From Candidatus Kuenenia stuttgartensis (GTDB taxonomy: Bacteria > Planctomycetota > Planctomycetia > Pirellulales > UBA1268), in contig CAMCQY010000004.1 in the NCBI GenBank assembly GCA_945877135.1, positions 1,584-65,583 of the forward strand: a stretch of 64,000 nucleotides of DNA, written 5' to 3'. Shown one piece after another: positions 10,441 to 20,135 of this stretch. Every line of letters begins with the position of its first letter. Position 1 is the stretch's first letter. The notes under the pieces are model-generated. The model made no database searches and was not told the DNA's origin. It was given only the letters and a program-made list of their open reading frames with translations. Made by a program: the position numbers and the translations under genes.

Positions 10441-12381
10441 ATGAACCCCACGGCTTTCGACAGCCTTCCTTGGTTGCCGTCGCCGCCCCAGGACTTCCGT
10501 TATCGGTGTCAGGGCGTTGGCGGCGATGCCCGCTCGGTAGCGAGGCAGCTTCGCGTTTTGGCGGGCCACGCCCTCGGCGACAGCGAGATGCGACAACTCG
10601 CCCGCACGGCGGGCGCTCTGAAAGCCCGCAGCGACGGCGGCAGGATCGCCGGCCTGCGCTCATACACCCTCGCGATTCTCTCCAACGGCACCACGTCGCT
10701 GCTCGCTCCGGCCCTTGTCGCCACAGCGCTGCGTTACGGGATCGACCTCCAGGTGATCGAGGGGAACTTCGACCAAGTGATTCACGTGGCGACCGCGCGG
10801 GACCCGCTCCTTCAGGCATCATCCCCAGACGGCATTCTCGTTGCCTTAGACCATCGGGGCATTCCTGGCCTGGATGGCGGCCTCACGGTCGACGAGGATG
10901 CAGCCGTGGCCGAAGCGATCGGGCATCTGGCGGGCATATGCCGCGGCCTGCGGTCGCAGACACCCGCGACGCTCTACGTGCAAAACGTCGCATGCCCGCC
11001 CTATCCGATGTTCGGGAGCCTCGATCGACGCGTGTCGGGCACACAGCGACGGCGGATCGAGCGGGTGGCCATTGGGGTGAACCACCTTTTAGACGAGTTG
11101 CCTGGCGTGCTCCTCGACGTGGACGGGATCGTCCGCACAGTGGGTTCCGAACACTGGTTCGACGAGCGGCAGTGGCACGTGGCCAAGCTGCCGTTCTCAC
11201 AGGAATTCGTTCCGTTGTACGCCGACCATCTGCTGCGTCTCATCGCTGCATCGACGGGGATGGCCCGCAAGTGCCTTGTGCTCGACCTCGACAACACGCT
11301 CTGGGGCGGAGTCGTGGGGGATGACGGCATGCACGGGCTCGTCCTGGGACAGGGCGATGCCGTCGGAGAGGCATTCCTTGCGGTACAGCGGGCCGCCGGC
11401 TGGCTCCATTCCCGGGGCGTGCTGCTTGCCGTCTGCTCGAAGAACGACGACGCCGTGGCCCGTGCGGCGTTTCGCGACCATCCGGACATGCTGCTGCGGC
11501 TCGAGGACATCGCCGTGTTCCAGGCCAACTGGCACGACAAGGCCACGAACCTGCGTGCCATCGCCGCCGCGCTCTCGATCGGCACCGACGCGCTGGTCTT
11601 GCTCGACGACAATCCCACGGAGAGGGCGCTCGTTCGGTCCGAACTGCCCGAGGTCGCAGTGCCGGAACTGCGAGCCGACCCCGCGGGCTACCCGGCCGTC
11701 CTGCTCGCCGCCGGCTATTTCGAGACACTCGGCTTCACCTCGGAAGATCGCGCGCGAGTTGGGCACTACCGGGCCGACGCCCAGCGGGCGGCACTGGCTA
11801 CGTCGTGCGTCGACATGGACGCCTACCTTGAGTCGCTCGAGATGACGATCCACTTCGCGCCCTTTGACGCGGTCGGCAGGGCCCGGATCGCTCAGCTCGC
11901 GAACCGCTCCAATCAGTTCAACCTCACGACCCGCCGCCACGACGAGGCCGCCATCTCGGCCCTCGAGTCGAGGGCCGATGTGTTCACGCTCCAGATTCGA
12001 CTGGCAGACCGCTTCGGCGACAATGGCATGATTGGCGTCGTCATCTGCACCGCTGCCGGAACGGACTGGGTGATCGACACGTGGCTGATGAGCTGCCGGG
12101 TGCTCAATCGTCGGGTCGAGGAGGCGGTGCTCGACGTGCTGGCCACCAGCGGCCGCGCCCGCGGCGTCACACGCCTCGTCGGACTCTACATCCCCACCGA
12201 TCGCAACGGCATGGTGCGGGATCACTACGCGAGGCTCGGCTTCGAGCCGGCGGGCACCGAGCACGGAGCGGATCGCTGGCATCTCGGTCTCGCCGACTAT
12301 GTGCCCCGGAAGCCGCCGATGCGGGTGGTGGTCGCCAGCGGCATCCACGCCTCGGAAACGCCAGGTGAGGCCGGCAGATGA
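10441..12381 (+). CDS. FkbH-like HAD-IIIC phosphatase/acyl-loading protein with a GNAT-like C-terminal domain
   Basis: HAD motif I LVLDLDNTLWGGVVGDDG, followed by LAVCSKN and VLLDDNP. The C-terminal segment is FGDNGMIGVVIC...WLMSCRVLNRRVEE. The stop overlaps the MBOAT start (12378-12381). Confidence 0.8.
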   Translation: MNPTAFDSLPWLPSPPQDFRYRCQGVGGDARSVARQLRVLAGHALGDSEMRQLARTAGALKARSDGGRIAGLRSYTLAILSNGTTSLLAPALVATALRYGIDLQVIEGNFDQVIHVATARDPLLQASSPDGILVALDHRGIPGLDGGLTVDEDAAVAEAIGHLAGICRGLRSQTPATLYVQNVACPPYPMFGSLDRRVSGTQRRRIERVAIGVNHLLDELPGVLLDVDGIVRTVGSEHWFDERQWHVAKLPFSQEFVPLYADHLLRLIAASTGMARKCLVLDLDNTLWGGVVGDDGMHGLVLGQGDAVGEAFLAVQRAAGWLHSRGVLLAVCSKNDDAVARAAFRDHPDMLLRLEDIAVFQANWHDKATNLRAIAAALSIGTDALVLLDDNPTERALVRSELPEVAVPELRADPAGYPAVLLAAGYFETLGFTSEDRARVGHYRADAQRAALATSCVDMDAYLESLEMTIHFAPFDAVGRARIAQLANRSNQFNLTTRRHDEAAISALESRADVFTLQIRLADRFGDNGMIGVVICTAAGTDWVIDTWLMSCRVLNRRVEEAVLDVLATSGRARGVTRLVGLYIPTDRNGMVRDHYARLGFEPAGTEHGADRWHLGLADYVPRKPPMRVVVASGIHASETPGEAGR

Positions 12382-13769
12382 CGATCAACTCGCTCGGCTT
12401 CCTGGGATTCGTCGCCGCGGCGGCCGCTGCCTTTCACCTTGCGCCCGGCCGATGGCGGGCCCGCGGAGTCTATCCGCTGACGACGCTCGCCTTCCTCGGG
12501 CTGACCGGCCCGTCATGGGCGGCCCTGCTTGCGGTGCTTGGTTTCATCGTCGTGCTCTGGCTCGCGACCCGCATCGTGGCACGCCAACCCGGCCGGGGCA
12601 CGCTGCAGCTCCTCATCGCCGCGATCCTCGTGATTTTCGGCTGGCTCAAGGGCTACACGATGCTTGCCTGGCTGCCGCTGGCAACGCAGGTCCCCGCCAC
12701 GATCGGGCTGTCGTACATGCTGATCCGCGGGCTCCAGTTGCTGGTCGACATGCGCGAAGATCCGGGCCTGCGGCCGGCGGCGATCGACGTGTTTTCGTTC
12801 CTCGCGTCGTGGCCGTGCCTCGTGTCGGGGCCGATCCAGCGATTTCAGGAGTTTCAGAAGCAGGCGGAAGGCATGCACTCGTTTCGGCTCGACGACGAGG
12901 TGCTCGTGGAGTCGCTCGGCCGCATGGCGCGGGGCTGGCTGCTCGTGCTCGTCTGCGGCGACTTCTTCCGCCATTTCTGGCAGGGACTGAAGGTGCTCGC
13001 CTGCGAGGACGTCTATCCGCTGGCCTTCGGCGGCGCGCAACTCGCCTTCCTGGCCTATCTCTTCTGCGACTTCGCCGGCTACACCGACATCGTCATCGGG
13101 GCGGGACGGCTCTGCGGCCTGCGGCTTCCGGAGAACTTCGACCGTCCGTACGAGTCGCGAAGTTTCCTCGAGTTCTGGAACCGGTGGCACATGACGATGT
13201 CGAACTGGTTCAAGACGTATGTCTTCAGTCCGCTGCTGATGGCCCTGACGTCCCGCTGGCCATCTCCCGCCGCTGCGAACGGCTTTGCGGCCATCGCCTT
13301 CTTCGTCACGTTTTTCCTGGTCGGCCTCTGGCACGGCACGACGAAGACATACATTCTCGCCGGACTGCTCGTTGGTCTTGGCGCCAGCGTAAACCAGTGG
13401 TACCGCGGGGTCGCACGCAGTCGGCTGGGCAAGCGTGCGTTCGATGCGCTGCCGCAGCACGTCGCCTACGGCATGGTGGCCAAGGGGCTGACGTTCGCCT
13501 ATCTTTGTGGAGCAATCGTGCCGCTATGGCTGCAGGGATCGGAGATTCGTTCGATCGCCGGCCGCTACGGTCTCGTGGGGCTGGCGATCTCGCAGGCCTT
13601 CGTCTTCGCGGTGGCAGCCCCGACGGCGGCCGTGTGGCTTCCCCGCATCGGGTGGCCGCGGTCGATGGCTCTGCGGTGCTTGCTGATCGCGGCTGCGATC
13701 GTGATGATCGAGCTGTACCTCTTTCTTTTTCCGCCGACCGCCGGCCGGTTCTTCTACCAACAGTATTGA
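12378..13769 (+). CDS. MBOAT family O-acyltransferase (DltB/AlgI-like)
   Basis: Polytopic membrane protein with the conserved-His region FWNRWHMTMSNWFKTYVFSPL. Confidence 0.85.
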   Translation: MTINSLGFLGFVAAAAAAFHLAPGRWRARGVYPLTTLAFLGLTGPSWAALLAVLGFIVVLWLATRIVARQPGRGTLQLLIAAILVIFGWLKGYTMLAWLPLATQVPATIGLSYMLIRGLQLLVDMREDPGLRPAAIDVFSFLASWPCLVSGPIQRFQEFQKQAEGMHSFRLDDEVLVESLGRMARGWLLVLVCGDFFRHFWQGLKVLACEDVYPLAFGGAQLAFLAYLFCDFAGYTDIVIGAGRLCGLRLPENFDRPYESRSFLEFWNRWHMTMSNWFKTYVFSPLLMALTSRWPSPAAANGFAAIAFFVTFFLVGLWHGTTKTYILAGLLVGLGASVNQWYRGVARSRLGKRAFDALPQHVAYGMVAKGLTFAYLCGAIVPLWLQGSEIRSIAGRYGLVGLAISQAFVFAVAAPTAAVWLPRIGWPRSMALRCLLIAAAIVMIELYLFLFPPTAGRFFYQQY

Positions 13770-13863
13770 TCACACCGCTTCTTCTCGCCGCTGGGATCGA
13801 GGCCGCGCGGCACAACCGGGCCGTTTCAGCACAAGGATTCGAGTCCCAGGATCTGCACTCATC

Positions 13864-14787
13864 TCAAGAAAGGTCGCGTCGTTCCACGATGAGGCCCATC
13901 GACCGGGGAATGAACCGGGCTTTGGGAAGAATACGACGGGGGCTCACCGACATGGTTTCCAGCACCCGCAACCCATACTTCTCGCACATGGCCACAAGTT
14001 CCGACTCGCGACGGAACTCGAAGATGTGATCCACCTGTGCTGCGGTCAGGGCACCCGTAAGGTAGGCGCGTGTCCCGGGCTTCAGCAGGTGAGCGATCAC
14101 CTCTACCAGTCGCTCGGGCTGTTCGAGGTGCTCGATGAGAAACGAGCAGATCACCGCGTCGGCTGACCCGTGGGCCATACCACCGAGATCCAACGCATCC
14201 TGCAGGGTGTAGGTGGCTCGGTCCGAGACCCCTGCCGCCCCGGCCACGAGGTTGGCGATGGCCATAGACGAAGGGCTGATGTCGAAGCCGTTCAGCCGTG
14301 CGTCCGGACGATTGCTCAGGGCCCACACTCCCCAGCCGCCGTGCCCCGGCGCGATCTCGATCATCTCCGGCGTCGAGGGCAGGCGTGCCAAGAACCGATC
14401 CCTGAAGAACAGGGACAACTCCATGTGGTGCGACCACAGAAAGTTGGTGAGGAACACACCCCACAGGTAGTCGTCCATCACCTCCCGCTGGGAGTAGACC
14501 GCGGCATTGCATTCATCGTAGCTGGAATTCTGGTAGTGCCCGGCGTCTTCATACCGTGCCTGGCACAGGATCACATCTGTCGAGAATCGTGCGAAGGCAT
14601 CGACGCAACGAGGTGCCCACCCTTCGTCTCCATGGATCCTGGCGGCCCACCCAAGAAACTGCTCGGCCATCGCATGCCACGCGGCGGGATTGACCTCCCG
14701 AGCCTCCTCAATCCCACGCAGGGACCGCGGATGATGGCTCCGAACGTATGAAAACAAGTCGTCGGCGTAGGACATGTTCGCTTCCAC
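13864..14787 (-). CDS. Class I SAM-dependent methyltransferase
   Basis: Motif I-like segment MIEIAPGHGGWGVWAL and an acidic loop NGFDISP. It is convergent with the MBOAT gene. Confidence 0.65.
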   Translation of the reverse strand: MEANMSYADDLFSYVRSHHPRSLRGIEEAREVNPAAWHAMAEQFLGWAARIHGDEGWAPRCVDAFARFSTDVILCQARYEDAGHYQNSSYDECNAAVYSQREVMDDYLWGVFLTNFLWSHHMELSLFFRDRFLARLPSTPEMIEIAPGHGGWGVWALSNRPDARLNGFDISPSSMAIANLVAGAAGVSDRATYTLQDALDLGGMAHGSADAVICSFLIEHLEQPERLVEVIAHLLKPGTRAYLTGALTAAQVDHIFEFRRESELVAMCEKYGLRVLETMSVSPRRILPKARFIPRSMGLIVERRDLS

Positions 14788-15059
14788 CAGCGGTCGACGA
14801 GATCCCGCACGAGAACCGCTTGGGCCAGGCCAGCCGTATCACCGGAGCGTAACCTGCGGCCGTGGTGCATTTCTATCGCCATCGGGGGGGGTGATACGCA
14901 CCGAGTGCCGAGGGAGTAGTCGCTGGCGACCGCGTGCCCCGCGATAGTCTGGCGGTACTTCCGGATTCGCGGCGCCGTCGTGATAATTTCCATCCGAGCA
15001 ACTCCCTATTTCCGTCTGTCTTCGACCGGTGCCTTCGCGAGCAGGATCGATCGGTATCG

Positions 15060-16205
15060 ATGAAACCCCTTCTCCTCATCGCCGGGTTCTATGCTGCGAT
15101 CAATGCCGTGGTCTTAGGGGCCATCGTTCTCTCAATAGGCTTCCCTATTGCCGGCCCCGTCGTTGCGCACCGCCCGGGGGGACTGCGCCAGACGAACGAA
15201 GAAATAGCGCTCGCGGCGTTGCTCGAGACGTCACAACTGGCCCGAGCCCATCAGCCTCAACTCATCGTACTTGGTGCTTCGGTCGCGGCTGGTGCCTATC
15301 CGCCGGCCTTGGTGCAGTCAAAGCTGCCTGGCTTCATGGCCAACAACCTCGCGATACCGGGAGCGACGATTACCGAGATCCTGCAAGTATTCGACGAGGT
15401 GCGTTGGGCCGCACCTACAGAGACCCTGCGGAAGTCCTTGCTCGTGCTGGGGGTGAGTTACACGTCGTTCTGCCCGGACATCGTCCGGTACTCCAGTATC
15501 GCGGGCTCTCGGCCTGTATGGCGGACGACACCTCAACCCATGACCTATGTCCGCAAGGCCGCTGACCGAAGCCCGCCGATTCTCGGCATCGAGCATCCCC
15601 TGCGTGCGGTGATTCCACGTTCGCTGGTGCTGGCCGCCAAGCAGCGGTTCCGCGTCTGGGGAAGGCTTTGGGAGTTCCTGCCCTTCCACCCCGGGGAATG
15701 GCTTTCACAGCGCGGGCGATGGCGGTTCCAGACGCTGGCCATGCGACGCGAACGGGAGCGGCACGAAGCCGTATTCCCCAAGCCGAAACCGATCCTGGAA
15801 TGGTTCCTCGGCTTGTCCGTCAAGGAGCAGACAAAGTGGCTCATCGACGAATGGGGAAAAACCGGCACTCTCCTCGACCAACGTCAGTTCGACGCGCTAT
15901 CACGGCTTCTCGATCGGGCTGTTTCAGCGGACATGACCGTCGTGTTCGTGGATCTCCCGCTTCACGGGGAACACCGCCTGCATACGCCAGTACTCGCGGA
16001 GTTCCAGGAACGTCTCGGCAAGGTGATCGCGGCCCATGCCGGTAGTGGGCGAGTGCACCTGCTCAACCTGACCACGGCGCTCCCTGATGAGGCATTCGGC
16101 GATCTCGCCCATGCCAATCCGAACTACGTCGAATCATGGGTCGATCTGCTGGTCGACCGTTTGCGGCCGCTGCTGCCGGATCAATCCACGGAGGACCGGG
16201 AATGA
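15060..16205 (+). CDS. Membrane-anchored SGNH/DltD-like esterase or acyltransferase (hypothetical)
   Basis: N-terminal TM segment (LLLIAGFYAAINAVVLGAIVL). Block I-like LIVLGASVAAG (Ser), block II-like NLAIPGATI, and block V-like FGDLAHANP (DxxH). I chose the ATG at 15060 within ORF 14934..16205. Confidence 0.5.
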   Translation: MKPLLLIAGFYAAINAVVLGAIVLSIGFPIAGPVVAHRPGGLRQTNEEIALAALLETSQLARAHQPQLIVLGASVAAGAYPPALVQSKLPGFMANNLAIPGATITEILQVFDEVRWAAPTETLRKSLLVLGVSYTSFCPDIVRYSSIAGSRPVWRTTPQPMTYVRKAADRSPPILGIEHPLRAVIPRSLVLAAKQRFRVWGRLWEFLPFHPGEWLSQRGRWRFQTLAMRRERERHEAVFPKPKPILEWFLGLSVKEQTKWLIDEWGKTGTLLDQRQFDALSRLLDRAVSADMTVVFVDLPLHGEHRLHTPVLAEFQERLGKVIAAHAGSGRVHLLNLTTALPDEAFGDLAHANPNYVESWVDLLVDRLRPLLPDQSTEDRE

Positions 16206-17476
16206 GCCTCCGCCGCCCGGGCCGCAGCGTCCGACGGTGACTCGATTCTTCTGGAAAACATGTCCCTTGTCGCGGTGTCCATGAACCTGCGCTCGAAGCA
16301 GAGATGGAAGACGTAGGCCAAGGTCAGGCTCAGCAGCGTGCCGACGATCATCATGGCTGCCCAGTGCAGCAAACGATGTGGCCAGAGGAATTGCGTCGCC
16401 CTTGCCATGAACACCAGTACGATGCCGTGCGTGAGGTAGAGGCTGTAGGAAAACAGGCCGAGCCCCTGAAGCCAACGTGACTCGAGCAGCCTGCGAATAC
16501 GTGACGCCGTGCCTCCGATCCGTTCGCCGCGTTCGCAGTCCTGGGTCAGCCAGACGATGAACGCCGCCGCCGCCACCGCCGCCAGCATGTCATAGATCCA
16601 CCGCACTCGCAGTGAAGTGACATAGTACGGCACCGGAATTCGCCCCCTCAGCGTATCGAGCGGCACGCTGGCATCCAGCAGCGCGATGCCCGTCACCATC
16701 ATCAGCCCCGTAGTCAGCGCGATCGTGCCCCATGGCCATCGTCGCATGACACGTGCCTGCGGACTCTGCCCATACGCAATGCTTGCACCAGTGGCGCCGA
16801 TGCCGAATATCGGGATCATCCATGGGAGGAAGTAGACGCACCACCCGCGGGCATAGCCCTCCGTGAGCGCGGCAGCCAGGGCGGTGCAGATGGCCAGTGT
16901 CACCCACACTCCAAACCGCCGCCAGATCGGCACGAGTGCGAATGCAAAGAGAAGGTAGATCTGCCACTCGCAGGCTATGGACCAGAGGATTGCATCCATG
17001 CCGCTGACCCAATCCACGCTCGTGTTTTGCACGAGGAGGAGGTGTGCCACGACGCTGGGCCAGCGGAAGCCGTTTGTCATCTGTTCCTGCACGTGCGTCC
17101 CAGGAGAACGGCCGAGTAAGGAAAAGAGCCAGGACATGCCCACAAAAAACAGCATGTCGAGCAGGTAGGCCGCGTAGTATGCGGGCAGAATCCGCAGCGA
17201 CCGGCGCCACATGAACCCGCTGATTCCGCCTCGCAGCGTGAGCCCATTCGTCACCACGGGCATGGAAAGAAGGAAGCCCGAGAGCACCAGGAACACGGGC
17301 ACCGCGAGGTAGCCGTGCAGGAGCGGCACGTTCAGCGTTCGGATGATCGGCCCCGCCGACTCGGGGCCTGTGTTGAGCGTGAGGTGAAACAGCACGATGG
17401 CGAGCGCGGCGAGGCCCCGCACGCCGTGCAGGAACTCCAGGCGTGGCCTGCCGGTGCGGAGTCCTTCAGAGGTCAT
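16181..17476 (-). CDS. Acyltransferase family 3 (OafA/YrhL-like O-acetyltransferase)
   Basis: Begins RLEFLHGVRGLAALAIVLFHL, followed by ~10 TM segments. The start at 17476 overlaps the upstream FkbM stop by 11 nt. The 3' end overlaps the convergent SGNH gene by 25 nt. Confidence 0.8.
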   Translation of the reverse strand: MTSEGLRTGRPRLEFLHGVRGLAALAIVLFHLTLNTGPESAGPIIRTLNVPLLHGYLAVPVFLVLSGFLLSMPVVTNGLTLRGGISGFMWRRSLRILPAYYAAYLLDMLFFVGMSWLFSLLGRSPGTHVQEQMTNGFRWPSVVAHLLLVQNTSVDWVSGMDAILWSIACEWQIYLLFAFALVPIWRRFGVWVTLAICTALAAALTEGYARGWCVYFLPWMIPIFGIGATGASIAYGQSPQARVMRRWPWGTIALTTGLMMVTGIALLDASVPLDTLRGRIPVPYYVTSLRVRWIYDMLAAVAAAAFIVWLTQDCERGERIGGTASRIRRLLESRWLQGLGLFSYSLYLTHGIVLVFMARATQFLWPHRLLHWAAMMIVGTLLSLTLAYVFHLCFERRFMDTATRDMFSRRIESPSDAAARAAEAHSRSSVD

Positions 17477-18308
17477 CGCGATACCCCGCGCTGGAGAATA
17501 TCGAAAACAGCCTCCGCAGCGGCCGCGTCCAACGCCATGAGCGGCTCGATCGGATCTGGGCGATGATGGCATCCCTGCCGCCGACCGCCGCGGCAACGAA
17601 CGGGCTCGACTCATCGATCTCGCATCCCCCCGCGAGGTCGTGGATGTTGACCGGTGTCGAGAGCGCCGCCTGGAGCTCTGGCCGCTCCTCGGCCACGTAG
17701 AATCGGTTCAAGCCGTCGAAAAGCGTGAAGCGGTAGCCCGCATCGAGCAGGAGCGGCTCCCAGGCATCGTGGGCCGGCTCCGTGGAACCGGGCCGCGTGG
17801 CCTCGATCAGCACGATCCAAGGACGCAGCGTTCGCGGATTCCAGCCGCGCAGCACCTTCTCCTCCATCCCCTCGACGTCGATCTTCATCCAGTGCACGTC
17901 CTGGCCGGCAAGTGAGGCACAGGCCTGCCCGAGCGTCGTCGTCTTCACGTCCCGCTCCTCGGCGACCTGCCCGGACTGCCTGTAGCCATCGGCGTACTCG
18001 ACTGCCCCAGTGCTCAGGCCGGATGCACTGGTCACGACAAAACGGAGGGTGCCCTCCGTGTCGGAGAGGGCGACCTCGTGCACGATCTCGTCGGGCCGGT
18101 CCTCCCTGATCCGTGTCGCGAACGCGGGATTGGGCTCGAAGTGCACGCCCCGCCAGCCCTGCTCATAGAAGCCCCTGCTCACCGACTCGCACCGCGGATC
18201 ATGTGCGCCGACGTCGATGTAGCAGCCTTGACGCACGTGCCCAAGGGTTCGCCAGAGGAGAATGTCCTCGAGGTTCTGGGCGTATGACCGGAATGTGATC
18301 GGCGACAC
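17466..18308 (-). CDS. FkbM family methyltransferase
   Basis: Has YIDVGAHD (SAM motif) and WMKIDVEGMEEKVLRG, typical of the FkbM family (sugar O-methyltransferases). Confidence 0.8.
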   Translation of the reverse strand: MSPITFRSYAQNLEDILLWRTLGHVRQGCYIDVGAHDPRCESVSRGFYEQGWRGVHFEPNPAFATRIREDRPDEIVHEVALSDTEGTLRFVVTSASGLSTGAVEYADGYRQSGQVAEERDVKTTTLGQACASLAGQDVHWMKIDVEGMEEKVLRGWNPRTLRPWIVLIEATRPGSTEPAHDAWEPLLLDAGYRFTLFDGLNRFYVAEERPELQAALSTPVNIHDLAGGCEIDESSPFVAAAVGGRDAIIAQIRSSRSWRWTRPLRRLFSIFSSAGYRDDL

Positions 18309-18332
18309 GAACAGACCCCGTGGATTGCGGCT

Positions 18333-20135
18333 TCAAATGATGCAAAGGAGATCGGTGTGAAACAACCGCTCGTCGGCGGTCGATGCGAGTACGGCAGCGT
18401 ACAACTCCTCGACCTGGGCCACTTCCAGCGGCTGCCGTCGCTGCCACTCAGGACGTCTCAGATCGTATATTGCCCGGCAGCGTCGCAGAAAACCAAACAC
18501 TCGCTCTCGGCCGCCGCACCGCTCGATGCCGTAGGGCCAGAACTCAATGACCACGAACGGCCGGCGCTCCCTGGCGAAGATCCCGTTGGCCCCGTCGAGC
18601 ACGTGCCCTTCGTGCCCCTGCGTGTCGATCCATATGAGGGCCGTGTCGTCGAATGTCGTACCGCAATCGGCCTCCAGAAGGTCGAGGGTAGTCGCCGTGA
18701 TGTCCCGCGTCTCGCGACCCGCTTCACCATAGGCGTCGGCGGTCCGTCCAGTGGCCGACCTCATGCGATGATCCCCGAGGTTGTCTCCCGACACCTCCAT
18801 GACGGCAGGGCCCGCGGTGTCGGACACCGCAACGTTGAACAGTCGCGTCCGGTCCTGGCAATGGTTGAGTGCGACGTTGCATGTGAGGAGCCTAAAGTTG
18901 TCCTGATCCATCTCAACCCCCACGCCACTGGGGAACGTGCCGTCGCGCAAGCCGCGCAGCAGGTGGCTGCCGATGTTGGCTCCGATGTCCACGAAGAACC
19001 TCGGGATGAAGCCGTGGCTCTTTCTCAGGAATCGCACGACGTCGACGACGAGCCCTTCCTCGAAGGAGCCTCGTTCTCGGAGCATGCGGCCGATCACGGC
19101 GTCGTGCTCGAACACGAGCATCGGCCCGTTGTCGGTGTCGGCCAACGCGACACGTCGATCACCCAACGCGGTGCCCACCCCGCCGAAGAGCGACTCCCGA
19201 GCCACGTTGCGGCTGATCGCGGGAATCTCTATCCCCGCGTCTACGGATTGAAAACTCGCCACGATGAGCCCGTCGCCGCTGAACGACTCCTCGACCGCGT
19301 GCTCGCAGAAGATCGTCGCGCCCAGGAGGGAGAGCTGCCGCAGGCAGTCCTGGTGCGTCGTGGGTGAACCGCTGATCGAGGCATGGTGCGTCGACACGAC
19401 GACAAACCGCAGCAGACCTTCCCCAACGGCTTGGCCGAGTGATTCGAGAAACGGCAACTCGGCCCCCTGGCAGTCGATATGCAGCATCTCGATCGGTCTC
19501 CTGCCCACGACGTCGAGCAGGCTGTCCATGGAGTGGCACGGCACGCACACCGTCACCCCGTCGGACTCTCGCCGCAGGGGCGTCGCCTCGGCATGGTCGC
19601 GTCCCACGCAGGCGTTCACCCAGGTGGCAGTCCTCCCGTTGATCGCGAGGTTCCGCTGCCCGCAAGCCATGTTGTCGGGGGCCGGCTCGACGCAGACGGC
19701 GGTCGAACCCGCGACGGCACCGAGGTACCAGTTCGTGTAGTAAGCCCAGAACGCACCCACTTCCACGATCGTCGTCCCCGGGCGGCAATGGCAGAGCAGG
19801 TGGTGAAAGACATACTCCTCCTGCGGTTCGTGGTGCCCTTTCAGGTCGCGGATGATCTCCGTCATCCAGTCACCGCAGTAGCCTCCGGCCACGACGAGTG
19901 TGCCGTCGTGCATGATCTGCAGCTTCATGCCATCACGCTTGATCACTTCTCCAGCCCGCGGCACCTTCGGCACCAAGTCCGTGTCGCGACACCGCACCGT
20001 CATCGCCACCCGACGGGCCGCCTCGGGGTCGACGACGCCCCGGCTTCCGGCGCGGCCGCGCGCCGCTGACGCTCGAAAGAGGTCGGCCCACCGTGTCAGC
20101 CGATCCACGAAGGTCATCTTTGGTCTCCAGACCAT
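18333..20135 (-). CDS. Tandem double FkbM-family methyltransferase
   Basis: Two FkbM-like halves are present. The first has IVEVGAFWAY...LHIDCQGAELPFLES and the second has FVDIGANIGSH...IWIDTQGHEGHVLDGA. Confidence 0.7.
   Translation of the reverse strand: MVWRPKMTFVDRLTRWADLFRASAARGRAGSRGVVDPEAARRVAMTVRCRDTDLVPKVPRAGEVIKRDGMKLQIMHDGTLVVAGGYCGDWMTEIIRDLKGHHEPQEEYVFHHLLCHCRPGTTIVEVGAFWAYYTNWYLGAVAGSTAVCVEPAPDNMACGQRNLAINGRTATWVNACVGRDHAEATPLRRESDGVTVCVPCHSMDSLLDVVGRRPIEMLHIDCQGAELPFLESLGQAVGEGLLRFVVVSTHHASISGSPTTHQDCLRQLSLLGATIFCEHAVEESFSGDGLIVASFQSVDAGIEIPAISRNVARESLFGGVGTALGDRRVALADTDNGPMLVFEHDAVIGRMLRERGSFEEGLVVDVVRFLRKSHGFIPRFFVDIGANIGSHLLRGLRDGTFPSGVGVEMDQDNFRLLTCNVALNHCQDRTRLFNVAVSDTAGPAVMEVSGDNLGDHRMRSATGRTADAYGEAGRETRDITATTLDLLEADCGTTFDDTALIWIDTQGHEGHVLDGANGIFARERRPFVVIEFWPYGIERCGGRERVFGFLRRCRAIYDLRRPEWQRRQPLEVAQVEELYAAVLASTADERLFHTDLLCII

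Noticed and set aside
10470-14029. Alternative-frame and antisense ORFs over FkbH and MBOAT (e.g. 10470..11324 +, 11197..12348 -, 12299..14029 +, 12513..13460 -)
   Set aside because: These are low-complexity Arg/Pro/Ala translations. The frames carrying the DLDNTLWGG and WHMTMSNWF motifs explain the region.
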